64,000 nt of DNA, from the NCBI GenBank assembly GCA_964016885.1, contig OZ024742.1, forward strand, positions 63,178,001-63,242,000, given 5' to 3'. The stretch comes from Eledone cirrhosa (lineage: Eukaryota). A program made the position numbers and the translations under genes. Of the stretch, positions 41,601 to 55,650 are shown piece by piece. Numbering within the stretch: the stretch's first letter is position 1; the number at the start of each line of letters is the position of its first letter. Below the pieces are notes generated by a model. It did not search any database. It had not been told where the DNA came from and saw nothing but the letters and a program-made list of their open reading frames with translations.

Positions 41601-44299
41601 TCTCTGTCAGTCTGTCTTCTGTTAACTTCTTACTACCTGTTTCTCTGTCAGTCTGTCATCTCTTAACTTCTTACTACCTGCCTCTCTGTCAGTCTGTCAT
41701 CTCTTAACTTCTTACTACCTGCCTCTCTGTCAGTCCGTCTTCTCTTAACTTCTTACTACCTGTTTTTCTGTCAGTCTGTCATCTCTTAACTTCTTACTAC
41801 CTGTCTCTCTGTCACTCTGTCATCTTTTAACTTCTTACTACCTGCCTCTCTGTCAGTCTGTCTTCTCTTAACTTCTTACTACCTGTTTCTCTGTCAGTCT
41901 GTCATCTGTTCACTTCTTACTACCTGTCTCTCTGTCAGTATGTCATCTCTTAACTTCTTACTACCTGCCTCTACGTCAGCCTGTCATCTCTTAACTTCTT
42001 ACTACCTGCCTCTATGTCAGCCTGTCATCTCTTAACTTCTTACTACCTGCCTCTATGTCAGCCTGTCATCTCTTAACTTCTTACTACCTGTTTCTCTGTC
42101 AGTCTGTCTTCTCTTAACTTCTTACTACCTGTCTCTCTGTCAGTCTGTCATCTCTTAACTTCTAACTACCTGTCTCTCTGTCAGTCTGTCATCTCTTAAC
42201 TTCTTACTACCTGTCTCTCTGTCAGTCTGTCATATCTTAACTTTTTACTATCTGTCTCTCATTCAGGCTCTCTTCTCTTAACTTCTTACTACCTGTCTCT
42301 CTGTCAGTCTGTCATCTCTTAACTTCTTACTACCTGTCTCTCTGTCAGTCTGTCATCTCTTAACTTCTAACTACCTGTCTCTCTGTCAGTTTGTCATCTC
42401 TTAACTTCTTACTACCTCTCTCTCAGTCAGTCTGTCTTCTCTTAACTTCTTACTACCTGTCTCTCTGTCAGTCTGTCATCTCTTAACTTCTTACTACATG
42501 TCTCTCTGTCAGTCTGTCTTCTCTTAACTTCTTACTACCTGTCTCTCTGTTAGTCTGTCAATTCTTAACTTCTTACTACCTGCCTCTCTGTCAGTCTGTC
42601 TTCCCTTAACTTCTTACTACCTGTTTCTCTGTCAGTCTGTCATCTCTTAACTTCTTACTACATGTCTCTCTGTCAGTCTGTCTTCTCTTAACTTCTTACT
42701 ACCTGTCTCTCTGTCAGTCTGTCTTCTCTTAACTTCTTACTACCTGTCTCTCTGTCAGTCTGTCATCTCTTAACTTCTTACTACATGTCTCTCTGCCAGT
42801 CTGTCTTCTCTTAACTTCTTACTACCTGTCTCTCTGTCAGCCTGTCATCTCTTAACTTCTTACTACCTGTCTCTCAGTCAGTCTGTCATCTCTTAACTTT
42901 TTACTACTTGTCTCTCTTTCAGTCTCTCTTCTCTTAACTTCTTACTACCTGTCTCTCTGTCAGTCTGTCTTCTCTTAACTTCTTACTACCTGTCTCTCTG
43001 TCAGTCTGTCTTCTCTTAACTTCTTACTACATGTCTCTCTGTCAGTCTGTCTTCTCTTAACTCCTTACTACCTGTCTCTCTGTCAGTCTGTCATCTCTTA
43101 ACTGCTTACTACCTGTCTCTCTGTCAGTCTGTCATCTCTTAACTTCTTACTACCTGTCTCTCTGTCAGTCTGTCTTCTATTAACTTCTTGCTACCTGTCT
43201 CTCTGTCAGTCTGTCATGTCTTAACTTCTTACTACCTGTCTCTCTGTCAGTCTGTCATCTCTTAACTTCTTACTACCTGTCTCTCTGTCAGTCTGTCTTC
43301 TCCTAACTTCTTACTACATGTCTCTCTGTCAGTCTGTCTTCTCTTAACTTCTTACTACATGTCTCTCTGTCAGTCTGTCATCTCTTAACTTCTTACTATC
43401 TGTCTCTCTGTCAGTCTGTGTTCTCTTAACTCCTTACTACCTGCCTCTCTGTCAGTCTGTCATCTCTTAACTTCTTACTACCTGTCTCTCTGTCAGTCTG
43501 TCATGTCTTAACTTTTTACTATCTGTCTCTCATTCAGTCTCTCTTCTCTTAACTTCTTACTACCTGTCTCTCTGTCAGTCTGTTATCTCTTAACTTCTTA
43601 CTACCTGTCTCTCTGTCAGTCTGTCATCTCTTAACTTCTAACTACCTGTCTCTCTGTCAGTTTGTCATCTCTTAACTTCTTACTACCTCTCTCTCAGTCG
43701 GTCAGTCTTCTCTTAACTTCTTACTATCTGTCTCTCTGTCAGTCTGTCTTCTCTTAACTTCTTACTACCTGTCTCTCTGTTAGTCTGTCATCTCTTAACT
43801 TCTTACTACCTGTCTCTCTGTAAGTCTGTCTTCTCTTAACTTCTTACTATCTGTCGCTCTGTCAGTCTGTCATCTCTTAACTTCTTACTATCTGTCTCTC
43901 TGTCAGTCTGTCATGTCTTAACTTCTTACTACCTGTCTCTCTGTCAGTCTGTCATCTCTTAACTTCTTACTACCTGTCTCTCTGTCAGTCTGTCTTCTCC
44001 TAACTTCTTACTACATGTCTCTCTGTCAGTCTGTCTTCTCTTAACTTCTTACTACCTGTCTCTCTGTCAGTCTGTCATCTCTTAACTTCTTACTATCTGT
44101 CTCTCTGACACTCTGTGTTCTCTTAACTCCTTACTACCTGCCTCTCTGTCAGTCTGTCATCTCTTAACTTCTTACTACCTGTCTCTCTGTCAGTCTGTCA
44201 TGTCTTAACTTTTTACTATCTGTCTCTCATTCAGTCTCTCTTCTCTTAACTTCTTACTACCTGTCTCTCTGTCAGTCTGTTATCTCTTAACTTCTTACT

Positions 44300-47200
44300 A
44301 CCTGTCTCTCTGTCAGTCTGTCATCTCTTAACTTCTTACTACCTGTCTCTCTGTCAGTCTGTCTTCTCTTAACTTCTTACTACCTGTCTCTCTGTCAGTC
44401 TGTCATCTCTTAACTTCTTACTATCTGTCTCTCTGTCAGTCTGTCTTCTCTTAACTTCTTACTACCTGTCTCTCTGTTAGTCTGTCATCTCTTAACTTCT
44501 TACTACCTGTCTCTCTGTAAGTCTGTCTTCTCTTAACTTCTTACTATCTGTCGCTCTGTCAGTCTGTCTTCTCTTAAATACTTACTACCTGTCTCTCTGT
44601 CAGTCTGTCATCTCTTAACTTCTTACTACCTGTCTCTCTGTCAGTCTGTCTTCTCCTAACTTCTTACTACATGTCTCTCTGTCAGTCTGTCTTCTCTTAA
44701 CTTCTTACTACCTGTCTCTCTGTCAGTCTGTCATCTCTTAACTTCTTACTATCTGTCTCTCTGTCAGTCTGTGTTCTCTTAACTCCTTACTACCTGCCTC
44801 TCTGTCAGTCTGTCATCTCTTAACTTCTTACTACCTGTCTCTCTGTCAGTCTGTCATGTCTTAACTTTTTACTATCTGTCTCTCATTCAGTCTCTCTTCT
44901 CTTAACTTCTTACTACCTGTCTCTCTGTCAGTCTGTCTTCTCTTAACTTCTTACTACCTGTTTCTCTGTCAGTCTGTCATCTCTTAACTTCTTACTACCT
45001 GCCTCTCTGTCAGTCTGTCATATCTTAACTTCTTACTACCTGCCTCTCTGTCAGTCTGTCTTCTCTTAACTTCTTACTACCTGTTTTTCTGTCAGTCTGT
45101 CATCTCTTAACTTCTTACTACCTGTCTCTCTGTCACTCTGTCATCTCTTAACTTCTTACTACCTGCCTCTCTGTCAGTCTGTCTTCTCTTAACTTCTTAC
45201 TACCTGTTTCTCTGTCAGTCTGTCATCTGTTCACTTCTTACTACCTGTCTCTCTGTCAGTATGTCATCTCTTAACTTCTTACTACCTGCCTCTACGTCAG
45301 CCTGTCATCTCTTAACTTCTTACTACCTGCCTCTATGTCAGCCTGTCATCTCTTAACTTCTTACTACCTGCCTCTATGTCAGCCTGTCATCTCTTAACTT
45401 CTTATTACCTGTTTCTCTGTCAGTCTGTCTTCTCTTAACTTCTTACTACCTGTCTCTCTGTCAGTCTGTCATCTCTTAATTTCTAACTACCTGTCTCTCC
45501 GTCAGTTTGTCATCTCTTAACTTCTTACTACCTCTCTCTCAGTCAGTCTGTCTTCTCTTAACTTCTTACTACCTGTCTCTCTGTCAGTCTGTCATCTCTT
45601 AACTTCTTACTACCTGTCTCTCTGTCAGTCTGTCTTCTCTTAACTTCTTACTACCTGTCTCTCTGTCAGTCTGTCATCTCTTAACTTCTTACTACCTGTC
45701 TCTCTGTCAGTCTGTCTTCTATTAACTTCTTGCTACCTGTCTCTCTGTCAGTCTGTCATGTCTTAACTTCTTACTACCTGTCTCTCTGTCAGTCTGTCAT
45801 CTCTTAACTTCTTACTACCTGTCTCTCTGTCAGTCTGTCTTCTCCTAACTTCTTACTACATGTCTCTCTGTCAGTCTGTCTTCTCTTAACTTCTTACTAC
45901 CTGTCTCTCTGTCAGTCTGTCATCTCTTAACTTCTTACTATCTGTCTCTCTGTCAGTCTGTGTTCTCTTAACTCCTTACTACCTGCCTCTCTGTCAGTCT
46001 GTCATCTCTTAACTTCTTACTACCTGTCTCTCTGTCAGTCTGTCATGTCTTAACTTTTTACTATCTGTCTCTCATTCAGTCTCTCTTCTCTTAACTTCTT
46101 ACTACCTGTCTCTCTGTCAGTCTGTTATCTCTTAACTTCTTTCTACCTGTCTGTCTGTCAGTCTGTCATCTCTTAACTTCTAACTACCTGTCTCTCTGTC
46201 AGTTTGTCATCTCTTAACTTCTTACTACCTCTCTCTCAGTCGGTCTGTCTTCTCTTAACTTCTTACTACCTGTCTCTCTGTCAGTCTGTCATCTCTTAAC
46301 TTCTTACTACCTGTCTCTCTGTCAGTCTGTCTTCTCTTAACTTCTTACTACCTGTCTCTCTGTCAGTCTGTCATCTCTTAACTTCTTACTATCTGTCTCT
46401 CTGTCAGTCTGTCTTCTCTTAACTTCTTACTACCTGTCTCTCTGTCAGTCTGTCATCTCTTAACTTCTTACTACATGTCTCTCTGCCAGTCTGTCTTCTC
46501 TTAACTTCTTACTACCTGTCTCTCTGTCAGCCTGTCATCTCTTAACTTCTTACTACCTGTCTCTCAGTCAGTCTGTCATCTCTTAACTTTTTACTACTTG
46601 TCTCTCTTTCAGTCTCTCTTCTCTTAACTTCTTACTACCTGTCTCTCTGTCAGTCTTTCATCTCTTAACTTCTTACTACCTGTCTCTCTGTCAGTCTGTC
46701 TTCTCTTAACTTCTTACTACATGTCTCTCTGTCAGTCTGTCTTCTCTTAACTCCTTACTACCTGTCTCTCTGTCAGTCTGTCATCTCTTAACTGCTTACT
46801 ACCTGTCTCTCTGTCAGTCTGTCATCTCTTAACTTCTTACTACCTGTCTCTCTGTCAGTCTGTCTTCTATTAACTTCTTGCTACCTGTCTCTCTGTCAGT
46901 CTGTCATGTCTTAACTTCTTACTACCTGTCTCTCTGTCAGTCTGTCATCTCTTAACTTCTTACTACCTGTCTCTCTGTCAGTCTGTCTTCTCCTAACTTC
47001 TTACTACATGTCTCTCTGTCTGTCTGTCTTCTCTTAACTTCTTACTACCTGTCTCTCTGTCAGTCTGTCATCTCTTAACTTCTTACTATCTGTCTCTCTG
47101 TCAGTCTGTGTTCTCTTAACTCCTTACTACCTGCCTCTCTGTCAGTCTGTCATCTCTTAACTTCTTACTACCTGTCTCTCTGTCAGTCTGTCATGTCTTA

Positions 47201-50000
47201 ACTTTTTACTATCTGTCTCTCATTCAGTCTCTCTTCTCTTAACTTCTTACTACCTGTCTCTCTGTCAGTCTGTTATCTCTTAACTTCTTACTACCTGTCT
47301 CTCTGTCAGTCTGTCATCTCTTAACTTCTAACTACCTGTCTCTCTGTCAGTTTGTCATCTCTTAACTTCTTACTACCTCTCTCTCAGTCGGTCTGTCTTC
47401 TCTTAACTTCTTACTACCTGTCTCTCTGTCAGTCTGTCTTCTCTTAACTTCTTACTACATGTCTCTCTGTCAGTCTGTCTTCTCTTAACTCCTTACTACC
47501 TGTCTCTCTGTCAGTCTGTCATCTCTTAACTGCTTACTACCTGTCTCTCTGTCAGTCTGTCATCTCTTAACTTCTTACTACCTGTCTCTCTGTCAGTCTG
47601 TCTTCTATTAACTTCTTGCTACCTGTCTCTCTGTCAGTCTGTCATGTCTTAACTTCTTACTACCTGTCTCTCTGTCAGTCTGTCATCTCTTAACTTCTTA
47701 CTACCTGTCTCTCTGTCAGTCTGTCTTCTCCTAACTTCTTACTACATGTCTCTCTGTCTGTCTGTCTTCTCTTAACTTCTTACTACCTGTCTCTCTGTCA
47801 GTCTGTCATCTCTTAACTTCTTACTACCTGTCTCTCTGTCAGTCTGTCTTCTCTTAACTTCTTACTACCTGTCTCTCTGTCAGTCTGTCATCTCTTAACT
47901 TCTTACTATCTGTCTCTCTGTCAGTCTGTCTTCTCTTAACTTCTTACTACCTGTCTCTCTGTTAGTCTGTCATCTCTTAACTTCTTACTACCTGTCTCTC
48001 TGTAAGTCTGTCTTCTCTTAACTTCTTACTATCTGTCGCTCTGTCAGTCTGTCTTCTCTTAAATACTTACTACCTGTCTCTCTGTCAGTCTGTCATCTCT
48101 TAACTTCTTACTACCTGTCTCTCTGTCAGTCTGTCTTCTCCTAACTTCTTACTACATGTCTCTCTGTCAGTCTGTCTTCTCTTAACTACTTACTACCTGT
48201 CTCTCTGTCAGTCTGTCATCTCTTAACTTCTTACTATCTGTCTCTCTGTCAGTCTGTGTTCTCTTAACTCCTTACTACCTGCCTCTCTGTCAGTCTGTCA
48301 TCTCTTAACTTCTTACTACCTGTCTCTCTGTCAGTCTGTCATGTCTTAACTTTTTACTATCTGTCTCTCATTCAGTCTCTCTTCTCTTAACTTCTTACTA
48401 CCTGTCTCTCTGTCAGTCTGTCTTCTCTTAACTTCTTACTACCTGTTTCTCTGTCAGTCTGTCATCTCTTAACTTCTTACTACCTGCCTCTCTGTCAGTC
48501 TGTCATCTCTTAACTTCTTACTACCTGCCTCTCTGTCAGTCTGTCTTCTCTTAACTTCTTACTACCTGTTTTTCTGTCAGTCTGTCATCTCTTAACTTCT
48601 TACTACCTGTCTCTCTGTCACTCTGTCATCTCTTAACTTCTTACTACCTGCCTCTCTGTCAGTCTGTCTTCTCTTAACTTCTTACTACCTGTTTCTCTGT
48701 CAGTCTGTCATCTGTTCACTTCTTACTACCTGTCTCTCTGTCAGTATGTCATCTCTTAACTTCTTACTACCTGCCTCTACGTCAGCCTGTCATCTCTTAA
48801 CTTCTTACTACCTGCCTCTATGTCAGCCTGTCATCTCTTAACTTCTTACTACCTGCCTCTATGTCAGCCTGTCATCTCTTAACTTCTTATTACCTGTTTC
48901 TCTGTCAGTCTGTCTTCTCTTAACTTCTTACTACCTGTCTCTCTGTCAGTCTGTCATCTCTTAATTTCTAACTACCTGTCTCTCCGTCAGTTTGTCATCT
49001 CTTAACTTCTTACTACCTCTCTCTCAGTCAGTCTGTCTTCTCTTAACTTCTTACTACCTGTCTCTCTGTCAGTCTGTCACCTCTTAACTTCTTACTACCT
49101 GTCTCTCTGTCAGTCTGTCTTCTCTTAACTTCTTACTACCTGTCTCTCTGTCAGTCTGTCATCTCTTAACTTCTTACTACCTGTCTCTCTGTCAGTCTGT
49201 CTTCTATTAACTTCTTGCTACCTGTCTCTCTGTCAGTCTGTCATGTCTTAACTTCTTACTACCTGTCTCTCTGTCAGTCTGTCATCTCTTAACTTCTTAC
49301 TACCTGTCTCTCTGTCAGTCTGTCTTCTCCTAACTTCTTACTACATGTCTCTCTGTCAGTCTGTCTTCTCTTAACTTCTTACTACCTGTCTCTCTGTCAG
49401 TCTGTCATCTCTTAACTTCTTACTATCTGTGTCTCTGTCAGTCTGTGTTCTCTTAACTCCTTACTACCTGCCTCTCTGTCAGTCTGTCATCTCTTAACTT
49501 CTTACTACCTGTCTCTCTGTCAGTCTGTCATGTCTTAACTTTTTACTATCTGTCTCTCATTCAGTCTCTCTTCTCTTAACTTCTTACTACCTGTCTCTCT
49601 GTCAGTCTGTTATCTCTTAACTTCTTTCTACCTGTCTGTCTGTCAGTCTGTCATCTCTTAACTTCTAACTACCTGTCTCTCTGTCAGTTTGTCATCTCTT
49701 AACTTCTTACTACCTCTCTCTCAGTCGGTCTGTCTTCTCTTAACTTCTTACTACCTGTCTCTCTGTCAGTCTGTCATCTCTTAACTTCTTACTACCTGTC
49801 TCTCTGTCAGTCTGTCTTCTCTTAACTTCTTACTACCTGTCTCTCTGTCAGTCTGTCATCTCTTAACTCCTTACTATCTGTCTCTCTGTCAGTCTGTCTT
49901 CTCTTAACTTCTTACTACCTGTCTCTCTGTTAGTCTGTCATCTCTTAACTTCTTACTACCTGTCTCTCTGTAAGTCTGTCTTCTCTTAACTTCTTACTAC
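44300..50000. repeat. Intra-satellite duplication, 3,485-bp (85-monomer) offset
   Basis: TTAATTTCTAAC...CTCCGTC variant at 45,480/48,965; TTCTACCTGTCTGTC at 46,141/49,626. Boundaries approximate. Confidence 0.85.
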
Positions 50001-50539
50001 CTGTCTCTCTGTCAGTCTGTCATCTCTTAACTTCTTACTACCTGTCTCTCTGTCAGTCTGTCTTCTCTTAACTTCTTACTACCTGTCTCTCTGTCAGTCT
50101 GTCATCTCTTAACTTCTTACTATCTGTCTCTCTGTCAGTCTGTCTTCTCTTAAATACTTACTACCTGTCTCTCTATTAGTCTGTCAATTCTTAACTTCTT
50201 ACTACCTGCCTCTCTGTCAGTCTGTCTTCTCTTAACTTCTTACTACCTGTTTCTCTGTCAGTCTGTCATCTCTTAACTTCTTACTACCTGCCTCTCTGTC
50301 AGTCTGTCATCTCTTAACTTCTTACTACCTGCCTCTCTGTCAGTCTGTCTTCTCTTAACTTCTTACTACCTGTTTTTCTGTCAGTCTGTCATCTCTTAAC
50401 TTCTTACTACCTGTCTCTCTGTCACTCTGTCATCTCTTAACTTCTTACTACCTGCCTCTCTGTCAGTCTGTCTTCTCTTAACTTCTTACTACCTGTTTCT
50501 CTGTCAGTCTGTCATCTGTTCACTTCTTACTACCTGTCT

Positions 50540-53500
50540 CTCTGTCAGTATGTCATCTCTTAACTTCTTACTACCTGCCTCTACGTCAGCCTGTCATCTC
50601 TTAACTTCTTACTACCTGCCTCTATGTCAGCCTGTCATCTCTTAACTTCTTACTACCTGCCTCTCTGTCAGTCTGTCTTCTCTTAACTTCTTACTACCTG
50701 TCTCTCTGTCAGTCTGTCATCTCTTAACTTCTTACTACATGTCTCTCTGCCAGTCTGTCTTCTCTTAACTTCTTACTACCTGTCTCTCTGTCAGTTTGTC
50801 ATCTCTTAACTTCTTACTACCTCTCTCTCAGTCAGTCTGTCTTCTCTTAACTTCTTACTACCTGTCTCTCTGTCAGTCTGTCATCTCTTAACTTCTTACT
50901 ACCTGTCTCTCTGTCAGTCTGTCTTCTCTTAACTTCTTACTACCTGTCTCTCTGTCAGTCTGTCATCTCTTAACTTCTTACTATCTGTCTCTCTGTCAGT
51001 CTGTCTTCTCTTAACTTCTTACTACCTGTCTCTCTGTTAGTCTGTCATCTCTTAACTTCTTACTACCTGCCTCTCTGTCAGTCTGTCATCTCTTAACTTC
51101 TTACTACATGTCTCTCTGTCAGTCTGTCTTCTCTTAAATATTTACTACCTGTCTCTCTGTCAGTCTGTCATCTCTTAACTTCTTACTACCCGTCTCTCTG
51201 TAAGTCTGTCTTCTCTTAAATACTTACTACCTGTCTCTCTGTCAGTCTGTCATCTCTTAACTTCTTACTACCTGTCTCTCTGTCAGTCTGTCATCTCTTA
51301 ACTTCTAACTACCTGTCTCTCTGTCAGTTTGTCATCTCTTAACTTCTTACTACCTCTCTCTCAGTCAGTCTGTCTTCTCTTAACTTCTTACTACCTGTCT
51401 CTCTGTCAGTCTGTCATCTCTTAACTTCTTACTACCTGTCTCTCTGTCAGTCTGTCATCTCTTAACTTCTTACTATCTGTCTCTCTGTCAGTCTGTCTTC
51501 TCTTAACTTCTTACTACCTGTCTCTCTGTTAGTCTGTCATCTCTTAACTTCTTACTACCTGCCTCTCTGTCAGTCTGTCATCTCTTAACTTCTTACTACA
51601 TGTCTCTCTGTCAGTCTGTCTTCTCTTAAATACTTACTACCTGTCTCTCTGTCAGTCTGTCTTCTCTTAACTTCTTACTACCTGTCTCTCTGTCAGTCTG
51701 TCATCTCTTAACTTCTTACTACATGTCTCTCTGCCAGTCTGTCTTCTCTTAACTTCTTACTACCTGTCTCTCTGTCAGTCTGTCATCTCTTAACTTCTTA
51801 CTACCTGTCTCTCAGTCAGTCTGTCATCTCTTAACATTTTACTACTTGTCTCTCTTTCAGTCTCTCTTCTCTTAACGTCTTACTACCTGTCTCTCTGTCA
51901 GTCTTTCATCTCTTAACTTCTTACTACCTGTCTCCCTGTCAGTCTGTCTTCTATTAACTTCTTGCTACCTGTCTCTCTGTCAGTCTGTCATGTCTTAACT
52001 CCTTACTACCTGTCTCTCTGTCAGTCTGTCATCTCTTAACTTCTTACTACCTGTCTCTCTGTCAGTCTTTCATCTCTTAACTTCTTACTACCTGTCTCTC
52101 TGTCAGTCTGTCTTCTCTTAACTTCTTACTACCTGTCTCTCTGTCAGTCTGTCATCTCTTAACTTCTTACTATCTGTCTCTCTGTCAGTCTGTGTTCTCT
52201 TAACTCCTTACTACCTGCCTCTCTGTCAATCTGTCATCTCTTAACTTCTTACTACCTGTCTCTCTGTCAGTCTGTCATCTCATAACTTTTTACTATCTGT
52301 CTCTCATTCAGTCTCTCTTCTCTTAACTTCTTACTACCTGTCTCTCTGTCAGTCTGTCATCTCTTAACTTCTTACTACCTGTCTCTCTGTCAGTCTGTCA
52401 TCTCTTAACTTCTAACTACCTGTCTCTCAGTCAGTTTGTCATCTCTTAACTTCTTACTACCTCTCTCTCAGTCAGTCTGTCTTCTCTTAACTTCTTACTA
52501 CCTGTCTCTCGGACAGTCTTTCATCTCTTAACTTCTTACTACCTGTCTCTCTGTCAGTCTGTCTTCTCTTAACTTCTTACTACCTGTCTCACTGTCAGTC
52601 TGTCATCTCTTAACTTCTTACTACCTGTCTCTCTGTCAGTCTGTCTTCTCTTAACTTCTTACTACATGTCTCTCTGTCAGTCTGTCTTCTCTTAACTTCT
52701 TACTACATGTCTCTCTGTCAGTCTTTCATCGCTTAACTTCTTACTACCTGTCTCTCTGTCAGTCTGTCATCTCTTAACTTCTTACTACCTGTCTCTGTGT
52801 CAGTCTGTCTTCTCTTAACTTCTTACTACCTGTCTCTCTGTCAGTCTGTCTTCTCTTAAGTTCTTACTACATGTCTCTCTGTCAGTCTGTCTTCTCTTAA
52901 CTTCTTACTACCTGTCTCTCTGTCAGTCTGTCGTCTCTTAACTTCTTACTACCTGTCTCTCTGTCAGTCTGTCATCTCTTAACTACTTACTATCTGTCTC
53001 TCTGTCAGTCTGTCTTCTCTTAACTTCTTACTACCTGTCTCTCTGTCAGTCTGTCTTCTCTTAACTTCTTACTACCTGTCTCTCTGTCAGTCTGTCATCT
53101 CTTAACTACTTACTATCTGTCTCTCTGTCAGTCTGTGTTCTCTTAACTCCTTACTACCTGCCTCTCTGTCAGTCTGTCTTCTCTTAACTTCTTACTACCT
53201 GTCTCACTGTCAGTCTGTCATCTCTTAACTTCTTACTACCTGTCTCTCTGTCAGTCTGTCTTCTCTTAACTTCTTACTACATGTCTCTCTGTCAGTCTGT
53301 CTTCTCTTAACTTCTTACTACATGTCTCTCTGTCAGTCTTTCATCGCTTAACTTCTTACTACCTGTCTCTCTGTCAGTCTGTCATCTCTTAACTTCTTAC
53401 TACCTGTCTCTGTGTCAGTCTGTCTTCTCTTAACTTCTTGCTACATGTCTCTCTGTCAGTCTGTCTTCTCTTAACTTCTTACTACCTGTCTCTCTGTCAG

Positions 53501-55650
53501 TCTGTCTTCTCTTAAGTTCTTACTACATGTCTCTCTGTCAGTATGTCATCTCTTAACTTCTTACTACCTGCCTCTACGTCAGCCTGTCATCTCTTAACTT
53601 CTTACTACCTGCCTCTATGTCAGCCTGTCATCTCTTAACTTCTTACTACCTGCCTCTCTGTCAGTCTGTCTTCTCTTAACTTCTTACTACCTGTCTCTCT
53701 GTCAGTCTGTCATCTCTTAACTTCTTACTACATGTCTCTCTGCCAGTCTGTCTTCTCTTAACTTCTTACTACCTGTCTCTCTGTCAGTTTGTCATCTCTT
53801 AACTTCTTACTACCTCTCTCTCAGTCAGTCTGTCTTCTCTTAACTTCTTACTACCTGTCTCTCTGTCAGTCTGTCATCTCTTAACTTCTTACTACCTGTC
53901 TCTCTGTCAGTCTGTCTTCTCTTAACTTCTTACTACCTGTCTCTCTGTCAGTCTGTCATCTCTTAACTTCTTACTATCTGTCTCTCTGTCAGTCTGTCTT
54001 CTCTTAACTTCTTACTACCTGTCTCTCTGTTAGTCTGTCATCTCTTAACTTCTTACTACCTGCCTCTCTGTCAGTCTGTCATCTCTTAACTTCTTACTAC
54101 ATGTCTCTCTGTCAGTCTGTCTTCTCTTAAATATTTACTACCTGTCTCTCTGTCAGTCTGTCATCTCTTAACTTCTTACTACCCGTCTCTCTGTAAGTCT
54201 GTCTTCTCTTAAATACTTACTACCTGTCTCTCTGTCAGTCTGTCATCTCTTAACTTCTTACTACCTGTCTCTCTGTCTGTCTGTCATCTCTTAACTTCTA
54301 ACTACCTGTCTCTCTGTCAGTTTGTCATCTCTTAACTTCTTACTACCTCTCTCTCAGTCAGTCTGTCTTCTCTTAACTTCTTACTACCTGTCTCTCTGTC
54401 AGTCTGTCATCTCTTAACTTCTTACTACCTGTCTCTCTGTCAGTCTGTCATCTCTTAACTTCTTACTATCTGTCTCTCTGTCAGTCTGTCTTCTCTTAAC
54501 TTCTTACTACCTGTCTCTCTGTTAGTCTGTCATCTCTTAACTTCTTACTACCTGCCTCTCTGTCAGTCTGTCATCTCTTAACTTCTTACTACATGTCTCT
54601 CTGTCAGTCTGTCTTCTCTTAAATACTTACTACCTGTCTCTCTGTCAGTCTGTCTTCTCTTAACTTCTTACTACCTGTCTCTCTGTCAGTCTGTCATCTC
54701 TTAACTTCTTACTACATGTCTCTCTGCCAGTCTGTCTTCTCTTAACTTCTTACTACCTGTCTCTCTGTCAGTCTGTCATCTCTTAACTTCTTACTACCTG
54801 TCTCTCAGTCAGTCTGTCATCTCTTAACATTTTACTACTTGTCTCTCTTTCAGTCTCTCTTCTCTTAACGTCTTACTACCTGTCTCTCTGTCAGTCTTTC
54901 ATCTCTTAACTTCTTACTACCTGTCTCTCTGTCAGTCTGTTTCTCTTAACTTCTTACTACATGTCTCTCTGTCAGTCTGTCTTCTCTTAACTTCTTACTA
55001 CCTGTCTCTCTGTCAGTCTGCCATCTCTTAACTTCTTACTACCTGTCTCTCTGTCAGTCTGTCATCTCTTAACTTCTTACTACCTGTCTCTCTGTCAGTC
55101 TGTCTTCTATTAACTTCTTGCTACCTGTCTCTCTGTAAGTCTGTCATGTCTTAACTTCTTACTACCTGTCTCTCTGTCAGTCTGTCATCTCTTAACTTCT
55201 TACTACCTGTCTCTCTGTCAGTCTTTCATCTCTTAACTTCTTACTACCTGTCTCTCTGTCAGTCTGTCTTCTCTTAACTTCTTACTACCTGTCTCTCTGT
55301 CAGTCTGTCATCTCTTAACTTCTTACTATCTGTCTCTCTGTCAGTCTGTGTTCTCTTAACTCCTTACTACCTGCCTCTCTGTCAATCTGTCATCTCTTAA
55401 CTTCTTACTACCTGTCTCTCTGTCAGTCTGTCATCTCATAACTTTTTACTATCTGTCTCTCATTCAGTCTCTCTTCTCTTAACTTCTTACTACCTGTCTC
55501 TCTGTCAGTCTGTCATCTCTTAACTTCTTACTACCTGTCTCTCTGTCAGTCTGTCATCTCTTAACTTCTAACTACCTGTCTCTCAGTCAGTTTGTCATCT
55601 CTTAACTTCTTACTACCTCTCTCTCAGTCAGTCTGTCTTCTCTTAACTTC
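50540..55650. repeat. Intra-satellite duplication, ~2,993-bp (73-monomer) offset, with a nested 615-bp (15-monomer) duplication
   Basis: AAATATTT at 51,136/54,129; AACGTC at 51,874/54,867; nested ATCGCTT at 52,731/53,346. Confidence 0.82.
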
